NCBI RefSeq assembly: GCF_036365525.1 | Contig: NC_090387.1 | Span: 88,391,691 to 88,455,690 of the forward strand | Source of the DNA: Heterodontus francisci | Taxonomy: Eukaryota | Reading direction: 5' to 3' | Length of the DNA stretch: 64,000 nucleotides | In this document: in pieces, positions 23,312 to 36,039 of the stretch | Numbering within the stretch: position 1 is the stretch's first letter | Layout: each line of letters starts with the position of its first letter | Translations under genes and position numbers: made by a program | The notes under the pieces: model-generated | Database searches by the model: none | Told to the model about the DNA's origin: nothing | What the model saw: the letters and a program-made list of their open reading frames with translations, nothing else

Positions 23312-25540
23312 AGAGTGGGTCCAAGACTAGCATTTTAAACTTAAATAAGGGCAATTATGAGGATCTTAAAGCAGAGCTAGCTAAAGTAACTGGCAAATCA
23401 TATGAAGGGATAGGTCAATAGAAATGCAGTGGCAGACATTTAAGGGGATATTTCAGGCTACACAGAATAGATACAGTTCAACGAGAAAGAAAAATTCCAA
23501 GGATGGTACCCGTCATTCGTGGTTAACTAAAACAGTTAAAGATAGTATTATATTTAAAGAAAAACGCCTATAATTGCGTATAGATGGGAGGCAGGTCAGA
23601 AGATTGGACAGAATAAAAAAAAACAGCAAAGAATGAATAAAAGATTGATAAGGAAGGTAAAATTAGAGTACGAGAGAAAGCTAAATAGAAATATAAAGAC
23701 ACATAGTAAGAGTTTCTATAGATATTTAAAAAAGAAAATAGTTAACAAAGCAAGCGTTGGTCCTATAAAAAGTGAGTCTGGGGAATTAATAATGGATAAT
23801 AAGGAGATGACAGATTAATTGAAAAGATATTTTGTATCGGTCTTCACTATTGAGGATATAAGTAACATCCCAATATTAGCTGTAAGTCAGGAAATGGAAG
23901 GGAGGAACTAAAGAAAATTACAGTCACCAGGGAAGTGGTAATGAACAAATTGTTGGATCTTTGGGCTGGCAAGTCCTTGGGTCCTGGTAGACTTCATCCT
24001 AGGAGTTTAAAAGAAGTGGCTAGTGAGATGGTTGACGCATTAGTTTTAATTTTCCAAAATTCGCTAGATTCGGAGAAGGTCCGTTAGATTGGAAAATAGT
24101 GAATGTAACTCCTTTATTCAGAAAGGGAGGGAGACAGAAAGCAGGAAATTGCAGACCGGTTAGCTGAAAATCTGTCTTAGGGAAAGTGTCAGAAGCTATC
24201 ATTAAAGATGTTATAGCAGGGCATTTAGAAAAAATCAAGGTAATCAGGCAGAGTCAACATGTTTTTGTGAAAGGGAAATCGTGTTTAACCAATTTATTGG
24301 AGTTCTTTGAAGGAGTTTCATGTGCTGTGGATCACGGGGAACCGGTGGATGTATTATACTGATTTCCAGAAGGCATTTGATAAGGTGCCATATCAAAGGT
24401 TATTGCAGAAAATAAAAGCTCATGGTGCAGGGGGTAACATATTGGCATGGATAGAAGATTGGTTAGCTAACAGGAAACAGAGAGTAGGCATAAATCGGTC
24501 ATTTTCTCATTGGCAAGATGTAACGTGTGGTGTGCCACAGGGATCTATGCTGGGGCCTCAACCTTTTACAATTTATGTAAATGATTTAGATGAAGGGACC
24601 ATAGGTATGGTTGCTAAGTTTGCTGATGACGCAAAGATTGGAAAGTAAGTTGTGAAGAGGACATAAGGAGGCTACAAAGGAGTATAGATAGGTTAAGTGA
24701 GTGGGCAAAGATCTGGAAAATGGAGTATAACGTGGGATAGTGTCAGGTTGTCCACTTTGTCAGGAAGAATAAAAAAAGAAGCATACTATCTAAATGGTGA
24801 GAGATTGCAGAGCTCTGAGATGCAGAGGGATCTGAGTGTCCTAGTACATGAATCACAAAAGGTTAGTATGCAGTTACAGCACGTAATTAGGAAAGCTAAT
24901 AGAATATTATTGTTTGTCGTGAGGGGAATGGAATATAAAAGTAGGGAGGTTATGCTTCAGCTATACAGGGCATTGGTGAGACCCCATCTGGAGTACTGTG
25001 TACAGTACTGCTCTCCTTATTTAAGGAAGGATGTAAATGAGTTGTTGCAGTACAGAGAAGGTTTACGAGACTAACAACTGGAATGGGCGTGCTGTCTTTT
25101 GGGGAAAGGTTGGGCAGGCTAGGATTGTACCCGCTGGAATTTAGATGAATAAGAGGTGACTTGATTGAAACATATAAGTTCCCGAGGGGTCTTAACAGGG
25201 TGGATGTGGGAAGGATGTTTCCCCTTGTGGTAGAATTATAAACTTGGGGCCACTGTTCAAAAATAAGGGGTCGTCCATTTAAGACAGAGATGAGGAAAAT
25301 TATTTTTCTCTCATAGGGTGGTGAGTCTTTGGAATTCTCTTCCTCAAAAGGCAGTGGAAGCAGAGTCTTTGAATATTTTAAGGCAGAGTTATATAGATTC
25401 TTTATAAGCAAGGGGGTGAAAAGTTATCGGGTGTAGGTGGAAATGTGGAATAATCAGTTCAGCCATGAACTTATTGAATGGTGGAGCAGGCTCGAAGGGC
25501 CGGGTGGCCTACTCCTGCTCCTAATTTGTATGTTCGTATG
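23312..25540 (+). mobile_element. 5'-truncated CR1 LINE nested in a same-family CR1
   Basis: DFQKAFDKVP, GVPQGSMLGP, KFADD, LVRPHLEYCVQ; host element resumes at 25541. Confidence 0.85.
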
Positions 25541-27829
25541 ACCCATTTATGCCTACTTTCTGTTTCCTGTTAGCTAGCCAATCATCTATCCATGCCAATA
25601 TGTTATCCCCTACACCGATCTTTGCACAATTATATGCATTTTCTTTAACATTGATACTATCTTTAACTTTTTGAGTTAACCACAGATGGTGGGTCCTCCC
25701 CTTGGAATTGTTCTTTCTCGTTGGAATGTATCTATTCTATGTATCCTGAAATATTCCCTGAAATGTCTGCCACTGCATCTCTATTGACCTATCCCTTAAC
25801 CTAATTTGTTAGATAACTTCAGCTAGCTCTGCTTTCATGCCCTCATAATTACCCTTATATAAGTTTAAAATACTAATCTGAGACCCACTCTTCTCTCTCT
25901 CAAACTAAATGTAAAATTCAATCATATTATGATTGCTGCTGCCTAGGGACGCCTTTACTATGAGGTCATTAATTAAGCCTATCTCGCTGCACAATACCAG
26001 GCCGAGTATAGCCTGCTCTCTGGTTTGCTCCAGAACGTGCTTTTGTAAGAAACTATCCAGAAAACATTCTATGAACTCCTCATCTAGGTTAGCTTTGCCA
26101 ATTTGATTTTTCCAGTCCATCTGTAAATTAAAATCCCCCATTCCCCCATGATTATCACCGTACCTTTCTGACAATCTCCTATTATTTATTCCTTTATATC
26201 TCGTACGACCACGTGGTTACTGTTAGGGGGCCTGTACACCACCCCCACAAGTGCCATCTTGCCTTTATCATTTCTTATCTCTACCCAAACCGCTTCTAAA
26301 TCCTGGTTTCCTGAACTTAGGTCATCCCTTGCTATTGTGCTAATAAAATCATTATTTAACAGAACCACCCCTCCACATTTTTCTTAGCTTTCTGTCCTTC
26401 CCAAATGTCATATACCCTTCAATACTCATGTCCCTAACTATGTTATCCTGCAGACATGTCTCTGTTATGGTTATCAGATCGTATTTGTTTATTTCTATTT
26501 GCTCTATCAGTTCATCTGTTTCAAATGCTAAGTGCATTCAGATACAGAGCCTTTAGTTTTGTCCTTTTATTATTGTTGTAACCTCTAGCCTTATCTGATG
26601 ACTTACTCGTAGATTTGTACTCTCTGTCCCTTCCTGTCACTGTTTGTTCATCATTTCCCATATTAATATCTTTCTCTCTTGTCTTGTTTTTACTCTTTAC
26701 TTTTTTCAAAATGTGATCCCTGCCCCCACTACTTAGTTTAAAACCCTCTCTACTTCCCTAGTTATACGACTCGCTAGTACGCTGGTCCCAGCACGGTTCA
26801 GGTGTAGACAGTCCCAATGGTATAGCCTCCAATTTCCCCTGTACTGGTGCCAGTGCCTGATGAACTGGAACCCACTTCTACACACCAGTCTTTGCGTCAC
26901 GCATTCATTTCTCTAATCTTATTTTCCCTATGCCAATTTGCACATGGCTCAGGGAAATAGGGTGGACATGTGGTGAATGAAATTTACGGCAGAAAATTGT
27001 GAAGTTGCTCATTATGGTAGGAAGAATTTGGACAGGCAGTGTGAAGTAGATTGTAAAATCTTAAGGGGGTGCTGGAATAGACAGACCTGGGGACATATGT
27101 ACACAATTCTTTCTTAGTGGCAGGACAAGTTAAAAAAGCTGTTAAAAATATGGGATTCTTGGCTTTATTAATAGAAGAATAGAGTTCAAAACAAAGGAAG
27201 TCATGCTCAACATTTATAATACACTGGTTAGATTCTATCTGCAGAATTGTGTTGAAATCTTGGCACCACATTTTATGAAGCACGTCAAGGCATTTGAAGG
27301 AGTGTAGAAGAGATTTACTAGAATGGTACTAGGGATGTGGGATTTTAAATACGCAGAGAGACTGGAGAAACTAGGATCGTTAGCCCTAGACTAGACAAGG
27401 TTAAGAGGAGATTTGATAGAGGTGTTCAAAATCATGAACAGTTTTGATAGAGGAAACAAGAAGACGCTTTATAGCGGCAGACGGGTCAGTAACCCAAGAA
27501 CACAAACAGAAGGCGACTGACATGAAGAAAAAGCGTTTTACACAGTGAGTTAATGCGATATGGGATGCACTATCTCAAAGCACAATACAAGCAGAGTCAA
27601 TCGTAACATTCAAAAGAGTATTGGATAAAAGCTTGGAGAGAGAAAATTCCAAGGGTATGGGGAGAGAGCGGGTGAGTTGGACTAATTGGATAGATCTACC
27701 AAAGAGCTAGTACAGGCACGAAGGCTTGAATAACTTGCTTCTGTGCTGAATGATTCTATGATATCGATTTCCTTCATGAACCTGCCCAGCTCCTGTTAAA
27801 CATTTGCAGTGCAATTGCACTCATCCCAT

Positions 27830-29280
27830 AAGAACATAAGAAAATGGAGCAAAAGTAGATCATAGGGCCCCTCGAGCCTGATCCAGCATTCAATATGATC
27901 GTGGCTGATTTTCTGCCTCAATTCCATTTTCTGCCTGCTCCTCATATCCCTTGATTCCTTGAGGCACCAAAAATATATCTATCTTATCCTTAATAGCGTA
28001 CATTCCCACATAGCTTTGTATCGTCTGCAAACTTAGCTATATTACTCTTGGTCTCTTCATCGAAGTCACTAATATGGAATGCAAGTAGCTGAAGCCCCGG
28101 TACTCCACTAATTACAGCCTGCAAACTTGAAATTGCGCCGATTATCCCTACTCGTTCGTTCCTGTCCGTTAACCAATACTCCATCCATCCTAATATATTA
28201 CCCTTAACTCCACGAACCTTATCTTGGGTATTTGCGTGACACCTTATTTTGGAAATCCAAAACACAAATCTACTGGTTCCCCTTTATCTACACTACTAGT
28301 TACATCCTCAAAAAACTCTAATAAATTTGTCAAACATTCGTAAAACCCCGTTGACTTTGTCTGATCATATAATTGCTAAGTGCATTGTTAACTACACGAG
28401 TCTTCAGTTTATTCCAGAGGCCAGTCACCGCATAGCAGACGAAAAGCTCTTGACATGTATTGATGCCCCTTCATTCCAGCAAATTTATCCAAATGCTCTA
28501 TCCACGTGTACACAGTGTAGCCCATCATTCAGTTATGTGTTCCCCAAGTCTATGCCTTTCTAAACTACAGATCATGATAACCAAGTGTTTTAAACTAGCT
28601 ATCAACCTATTGGCTCTCCTCCGAACTTTTCCCCTAATGACTCTATACTTCTCACCATATGAGAAACTAGAACTGGATACAGTATTGTAGACGAAGATTG
28701 ACCAAGGACCAGGGGATTAGAGTCCTTGTTTATTAATTTGGTCTCGCTACACATCCCAAATACCTATTTCTGGCTATAACCTTACGGCAGTGGTAGTAGA
28801 CGCTTAGATATTCGTACAGAATCACCCCTAGTTCTCTTTCGCCTTCAGAATAGTTTAATTCGGAGCCCTCCACTCTATGCACATGCTTGTTATTAGCCCC
28901 ACCTACGTATATTACACTACCGATATCGACGTTAAATGTAATCGACCAAATGCAAGTCCATTTCCGGATCGCATCTAGATCGCACTATAATCTATTTTAC
29001 TCCGACACCAGCGCAGATAGGTATCATCAGTGAGCCTACGGACATCTCCATCCAGATCACTGATAGAAATCGTGAAATGTAATGACCAATATACTAATCC
29101 CTAAGGACCTAATTAGTAGCCGGCCTCCATATGCCGTCACTACCATGAACGACAACCCTTTGTCGATGAGAGTGAGACGAATTCCCTATTCAAACCACCA
29201 TCTGCTCTCTAATCACGCACCACTGTATCTTAAATATTGACATATTGTCTGGCACCGCGTCAAAAGCTTTTTGCCACTGC
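27830..29280 (-). mobile_element. CR1/L2-group LINE fragments
   Basis: ORF 27990-28265 AKFADDTKL; older RT remnant 28460-29280. Confidence 0.55.
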
Positions 29281-29420
29281 AAACAGCACAGTAACATCCT
29301 TAATACACACTGCATTAAGAATGTTCTGATGCAGGCTCGTGGAAACAGAAAGTTAATGAGAGATCTCTATATCTAGCGCAGCTACAGTTCAGAGGAGTAT
29401 TAAAAATCTGAGACTCTTAC

Positions 29421-29702
29421 CCTGACCACGAACTGTGTAGCTGTTGTTGGCTGGGACCCTGAGGGAGATATGAGAAACCTGGCAGGTATAATCCGACTCG
29501 CTCTCCACAGGGCTGAGGGAGCTGGAAACTTGATACAATCCCTCCTCGTTCTGACTTTCCGTGATGTTTATCCCAGATGTAATTTGGAAACCATTTTTAT
29601 ACCAAGTGAGATTAAACTCCCCCGGGAAGAAGCCAGCTGTTGTGCAAAAGAGTGCGAGGGATGGAGAGGAGAGATGGGTAACCTTCAAAGGTGTTGGCGG
29701 CA
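29421..29702 (-). CDS. Ig C1-set domain exon of V-C1 receptor
   Basis: LFCTTAGFFPGEFNLTWYKNG...GLYQVSSSL...YTCQVSH C1-set signature; acceptor cattcctag|TG, donor G|gtaaga, phase 1-1. Confidence 0.92.
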
Positions 29703-30254
29703 CTAGGAATGAGTTAAAGGAAATGTGTTAAAATCGCTATTCGTGCATTACATTTGAAAAAGGAAAGTATGGCTTTCGAGAAACAAGAAGATTTAGCAGC
29801 TCGATTGTTCCTTTAGTAAGGACATTTAATCGCTGTATTAAGCTTGTTTTGCTTTAAGAAGTATATGGGGAATATTTCTTTCATTCTGGTCTTTATCCAG
29901 CACTGGTTGCGGGAAGACTCCGCGTCCTGTTACACAGCACCCGCCTGTACGATGTCTCAAAACTCTTTGCTGGTGTTACACTGTGATTTGGACCTTCGGT
30001 TTCTTTTATTCATTCATGGGATGTAGGCATCGTTGCCAAGGTCAGCATTTATCGCCTATCTATAATTGCCCCTGAGAAGGTGATGGTGAGCCCTTCTTGA
30101 ATTACTGCAGTCCGTGTGGTGAATGTACATACTCAGTGCTGTTAGGGAGGGAGTTCCAAGAGTTTGACTCAGCGATAGTGAAGTATCGGCGATATAGCTT
30201 TTACGTACGTTTCAGCTATGCCACGAGGGAGACATTACAAGCTAGAACGTCGCT

Positions 30255-30480
30255 TCTGGCTCGGTTGACTCGATGGCCCACATCTATTGCAAAATAACGC
30301 CAACAGTGGGGGTTCAAATCCCATACCGGCTGAGATCGTTTTTGGCACCTGCCTCCTCGCCTTACCCCATCGTGATATCATGGCATGAGTGATGATTAGC
30401 AATCCTCAGACAATGAGGACGCCACATAGAGACAGTGACACAGCTTGGGCCATAATTACGGCAACTGCATGAAAAAAAAT
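30255..30480 (+). mobile_element. tRNA-derived SINE of another family
   Basis: A-box-like tggctcggttg, B-box ggttcaaatcc at about 30310, A-rich end. Confidence 0.45.
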
Positions 30481-31632
30481 GCCTGTATTCCAATGTGGGA
30501 CTTTTTGTCAAAGCTTAACTTGGGGAAAGTCGCCCGTATCAGAGCTACCGTAACTCATTTCTGAGATGGAAATCAATGTATCACTGCAAATACATCGAGT
30601 GTAAATTAAGATAAGTCCAAGGATAATCTGGCGCTGGTGTAAGTAGAATGATCAATGTGTGCACCGCCTCTACTGCAAATAAAATGTACGAATGGAAAAG
30701 CAATCTGTTAGTATTGTAAATAATCTCTAATTGTGCAAATGCAATGGGTCACGGAATAAAATAGATTATCATTGGTAGACTAAAATCTCTCCCTTGCGAT
30801 CGCTTTGTTTTTTCAGGCTCCACTTGTCCCTTACCTCTGTAATACTTTCATATATTTGCTAACAGTTAATCACAATCTCACTATTGTATTACAATTTTGA
30901 TTCACCAGGCAACTGGAAAAAGTCATCGCACTCTGGTATGGGGGCAAAAGTAGAATGGAGCTCGGCTCCTCAGTGATGAGAGGATTGAACGAAATGATTC
31001 CAAATCGGATTCTATTCAGAGTCACATCACTTTTTCTCACTCGATGAATATTTAAAAATAAATTTTAAAAATCTCATTCAGCACTTTCTATGTGTAAATA
31101 TGTTATATAAATGACCACATAAGTGCCATGATTACTAGAGCTGCTCAGAGGCTGGATTTTCTGCAGCCAATGACTTAATTGTTGACTCCGCAACGCCTCT
31201 CTGCCACCTACAAGCCAGGAGACAGATGGCATACTCGCCACTTGTCTGATTAGTATATGCTTGACACGATCCCTGAAAATCCCTGCACCACATTAAACAC
31301 CCGCTCTCTTCACCTTATGCGCACCGTGATTGCAGTGTGTGTCATCTACAAGATGCACTGCACGACTCGCCAAAGCATCGTCTGCAGCTCCTTTCAAATC
31401 CGTGAACTGTGTCACATAAAAAGACAAGGGTACGGCCACATGGAAATACCACCAGCTCCAAGTTCCCCGCAAGTCAGACGTCCTTCTGTCTTGGACATAT
31501 ATCACAGTTCGTTCATTATCACTGGGTCAGATTCCTGGAACCTCATACATGACAGCACGCCATACATGAGGTGCTATCGCCTTCTCACCACCAACTGCAG
31601 GGATTCAAAGAAACTATACCCCGCCAACTAGT

Positions 31633-34560
31633 GACTAGTAACCCAGAGACCCAGGGTATTGCTCTGGGGACATCGGTCGAATCCCACCACTGCAGAAGGT
31701 GGAATTTGAATTCAATTAATAAATCTGGAATTAAAAGTGAGTCTAATGATGGCCATGAAACCATTGTCAATTGCAGTAAAAAACAAAAATCTGGTTCACG
31801 AATGTCCTTTAGAGAAGTAAATCTGCTGTCCTTACCTGGCCTACATGTGACTCCAGACTCACAACAATGTGGTTGACTCATAAATGCCCTCTGAAATGGC
31901 CTAGCAAGCCACTCAGTTGAATCTAACGGCTAAGAAGTCAATAATGAATGAAACCAGATGGACCACCCAGCATCAACCCATGCACTGGAAACAACAACGG
32001 CAAACCCAGCCCTGTCGACCCTGCAAAGTCCTCCTTACTAACATCTGGGGGCTTGTGCCAAAGTTGTGAGAGCTGTCCCACAGACTAGTCAAGCAACAAC
32101 CTGACATAGTCATACTCACAGAATCATATCTTACAGGCAATGCCCCAGACACCACCATCACCATCCTCAGGTATGTCCTGTCCCAGAGGAAGGACAGAGC
32201 CAGAAGAGATGGAAGCACACTGGTATACAGTCGGGAGGGAGTTGCCCTGGGAGTCCTTAACATCGACTCGAGACCAAATGAAGTCTCTTGGCTTCAGCTC
32301 AGCATGGACAAGGAAACCTCCGGCTGATTATCACCTACTACACCCCTGTCAGCAACACTTGGAGGAAACACTGAAGGTGAGAAGGGTGCAGAATGTACTT
32401 TGGGTGTGAGACTTCAATGTCCATCACCAAGCTTGGTAGCACTACTAGTGACTGAGCTAGCCGAGTCCTAAAGGACATATCTGCTTGACTGGGTCTGCGG
32501 CAGGTGGTGAGGGAACCAACAAGAGGGAAAATATACTTGACCTTGTCCTCACCAATCTGCCTGCCGCAGATGCATCTGTCCATGACAGTGTTGGCAGGAG
32601 TGACCACCGCACATCCTTGTGGAGTCAAGGTCCCGACTTCACATTGAGGATACCCTCCAAAGTGTTGTGTGGCACTATTACCGTGCTAAATGGGATAGAT
32701 TTCGAACAGATCTGGCAATGGAAAACCGGGCATCCAAGAGGCAGTGTTGACCATCAGCAGCAGCAGAATTGCACTCAGCCATAATCTGTAACCTCATGGC
32801 CAAGCATATTCCCCCACTGTATCATGACCATCAAGCCGGGTGACCAACCCTGGTTCTTTGAAGAGTGCAGGAAGGCATGCCAGGAGCAGCACCAGTCATA
32901 CCTCAAAATGAGGCGTCAACCTACTGAGGCTACAATCCAGGACAACTTGCGTGCCAAACCGCGTAAGCAGCATGCAATAAGCAGAGCTAAGCTTCCCATG
33001 ACCACCGAATCAGATCTCAGCCTGCAGTCCTGACACATCCATTCGTGAATTGTGGTGGGCAATTAAACAATTAACTGGAGCATGTGGCTCCACAAATATC
33101 CCCATCCTCAATGATGGGGAAGCCCAGCACATCAGTGCGAAAGATAAGACAGAAGCATTTGCAACAATCTTCAGCCAGAAGTGCCGAAGTGCCATCTCAG
33201 GCTCCTCCTGAAGTCCCCAGCATCACAGATGCCAGTCTTCAGCCAATTCGATTCACTCCGCATGATATGAAGAATTAACTGAAGGCACTGGACACTGCAA
33301 AGGCTATGGGCCCTGACAACATTCCAGCAATAATACTGAAGACCTGTGCTCCAGAACTTGCCGCACCCCTAGCCAATCTGTGCCAGTACAGCTTCAACAC
33401 TGGCATCTACCCAGCAATGTGGAATATTGCCAGGTATGTCCTGTGCACAAAACCGGGACAAGCCAAACCTGGCTGATTACCAGCCCATCAATCTACTCTC
33501 AATCATCAGTAAAGTGATGGAATATGTCATCAACAATGCTATCAAGTGGCACTTGCTTAGCAATAACCTGCTCAGTGACGCTCAGTTTTGGGTTCCGCCA
33601 GAGCCACTCAGCTCCTGATCTCATTACAGCCTTGGTTCAAACATGGACAAAAGAGCTGAACTGAAGAGATGAGGTGGGAATGACTGCCCTTGACATCAAG
33701 GCAGTATTTGACCGAGAATGGCATCAAGGAACCCCAGCAAAACTGGTGTCAGTGGGAATCAGGGTGAAAACTCTCCGCTGGTTGGAGTTATATCTAGCGC
33801 AAAGGAAGATGGTTGTGGTTGTTGGAAGTCAATCATATCAGCTCCAGGACATCAGTGCAGGAGTTCCTCAGTGTAATGTTCTAGGTGCAACCATCTTCAG
33901 CTGTTTTATCAATGAACTTCCTTCAATCATAAGGTCAGAAGTGGGGATGTTCGCTGATGATTGCCCAATGGTCAGCGCCATTTCCGACTCCTCAGATACT
34001 GCCGCAGTCCGTGTAAAAATGCAAGAAGATCTGGACAATATTCAGACTTGGGCTGATAAGTGGCAAATAACATTTGCACCTCTCAAGTTCCAGGCAATGT
34101 CCGTCTCCAGCAAGAGAGAATCTAACCCTCTCCCCTTGGCATTCAATGGCATTACAATCACTGAATCCCCACTATCAACAGCTTGGGGGTTACCATTGGA
34201 TGTCAAGATTGCATACCATCTACAAGATGCACTGCAGCAATGCAGAAAGGTAGTACCTTACAAACCCGCGACCTCTGCCACTTGGAAGGACAAGGGCAGC
34301 GGATGCATGGAAACACCACTACCTCCAAGTTCCTCTCCAAGCCACACACCATCCTGACTGGGAACTGTATCGCCGTTCCTTCACTGTTACTGGTTCAAAA
34401 TCCTGGAACTCCCTTCCTAATAGCACTGTAGGTGCAACTACCCCACATGGGCTACAGCGGTCAAGCAGGTAGCTCACCACCACCTTCTCAAGGGCAATTA
34501 GGGATGGGTAATAAATGCTGGCGTAGCCAGTGATGCCCATGGCCCATGAACCAATAAAAA
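31633..34560 (+). mobile_element. CR1-group LINE with tRNA-like head and Deu domain, single APE-RT frame (disrupted)
   Basis: B-box-like ggtcgaatcc 31675-31684, Deu core 31800-31920, endonuclease start NIWGL..DIVILTESYL at about 32040, RT ALDIKAVFDREWH, GVPQ, MFADD, A-rich tail. Confidence 0.85.
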
Positions 34561-34821
34561 AACAACTAAAAAAAACTTCTTAATGACAATTCGTGATAAG
34601 CAATAAATGCTGCCCGTGCCAACGATACCCATATTCAGAGAATGAACTAAAACAAATACAACATATTTAAATACATGATAACGGGATGACAGATCAATAT
34701 CTGAAGTCAGCACCACAGATCCGAACAGACAGGAAAATCTTTGCTGTTCTCTTGTTCAATATTCTCTAATGTAGATCTGCATAATTTGAACCTGGCATAT
34801 TACCCCTGCAGTGTCACTCAC

Positions 34822-35142
34822 CGTGTACAATAAGCTCAGTCCCAGTTCCATTGGATATCTTTCCGCTCCAGTCTCTCGCTTTGCAATAATAGACTCCGGA
34901 GTCCTGGAAACTCACATTCACCAGATGGAGCTCGGCAGATCCTGGCTTGACAGATGTGATTATTTTATTTTTCTCCGTAGTCGCATTCAAAGTCTCGTTC
35001 TGATCTTCTCTCCACCAATGAACATCCACCCATGCTTTGCGATCGAAAAGCGAGAAAGTGCAACAAATGGACACATTTGTACCTTTTACCGGAGTTACCC
35101 GGGCGGGAAACTGAGTCACGGGGAAAATGGTCCCGTCCGTCG
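34822..35142 (-). CDS. Ig V-set exon with germline-joined J-like end
   Basis: VTQFP..SICCTF..VHWW..LHLVNVSFQDSGVYYC..NGTGTELIVH; acceptor tatttctgacag|CG, donor G|gtgagt, phase 1-1. Confidence 0.93.
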
Positions 35143-35341
35143 CTGTCAGAAATAAATACAAACATGAATGTTAGGCAGAAATAGTGACTGGCTGGATCAA
35201 AAGGGAAGAAATAGCTTGTAAGAAATACAACGAAAAAGGGAAGTGTACACTAAACAGTGCTCACTAAACATTGAACAGCAGTGACCTCTACACAGTTCTT
35301 ATTCATTTTCCTATTATCATTCAGATCTTAATTTAGTACAC

Positions 35342-35396
35342 CTGAATAACTAATGCCCAGAGCTAAAAGATATCGCAGCATATTGAGTACAGGCAT
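35342..35396 (-). CDS. Leader (signal peptide) exon: MPVLNMLRYLLALGISYS
   Basis: ATG at 35396, hydrophobic core, phase-1 donor CAG|gtgtac (weak), 199-nt intron, joins V exon as ...SYSATDG. Confidence 0.7.
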
Positions 35397-35399
35397 CCC

Positions 35400-35600
35400 G
35401 AATTCGATCACTTGTGCTGTAAGTCAGTGTGAAATGCTGACGTGTGCGGGGATGTCAAGATTGGAAAGATAATCTGGCATTGAGCGCGTTGGAGTGTGGC
35501 GGACCACAAGATAGCTGAAGCTGTAACGCCAATACACTGATTCACATTTACGTCAGAGCTGAGAACGCACAGTGGAAGTTGATGCCACCCACTTCACTGT
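35400..35600 (-). promoter_or_regulatory. Putative proximal promoter of the receptor gene
   Basis: Immediately upstream of leader ATG; CRE-like TGACGT (35438) and TTACGTCA (35548), ETS-like GGAAGT (35574); motifs are short and may be chance. Confidence 0.3.
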
Positions 35601-36039
35601 TGTTCAAGAGAATATGGAACATTTTTGCATCACGTGAAAGTTTCCGAATTGATGCAGCTGTTGACGAGTTGACCAGTTTTTACAGATTCGGTGTGGTTGC
35701 AGCTGCGTTGAAAGCGGTCTGGCTCCATTCACCCATTTCGCTGCATTGTTTTGCCCCAGAAAGTCCTGGGCCTATGCAATGAAACTCAGCCGGACGACGG
35801 ACAATTTCGCATTGTTTATTGCAGGGCCCCTCGGTGTCGAGACCGGTACAAACCAACTGAAGATTGAAGTCATTCAGCAGGCATCGAGCTTTGAAATTGA
35901 TAGGTGCTCGGGATACCAACAGGATTAATAGAAAAGATAGAATGGAACCTCAATCCAAATTATAAGAGTACACTCAAAGGTCAGTCACCATTTGTTACCC
36001 CTTGGGGGAAGAGATTTTACTTCATGTCAAGTGGATAAC

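Larger units (their letters stand above)
22006..26955 (-). mobile_element. CR1 LINE, internally deleted, retaining ORF1 esterase C-terminus, endonuclease and 3' end
   Basis: Minus strand GFQFIRHW...WDCLHLNRAGT (SGNH block V-like) near 26780-26875; VGVVYRPPN and MGDFNL in ORFs 26186-26368 and 25905-26174. Confidence 0.75.
21830..27770 (+). mobile_element. Outer CR1 (21830-22005 and about 26960-27770) split by nested insertions
   Basis: RT motifs YIDDVD and KLAD at 21880-21935 resume after 26960 and run to a CR1 3' end near 27760. Confidence 0.65.

Noticed and set aside
34740-34830. Rearranging TCR/Ig V segment
   Set aside because: No CACAGTG heptamer or nonamer after YYC; the J-like motif and a splice donor are in the same exon
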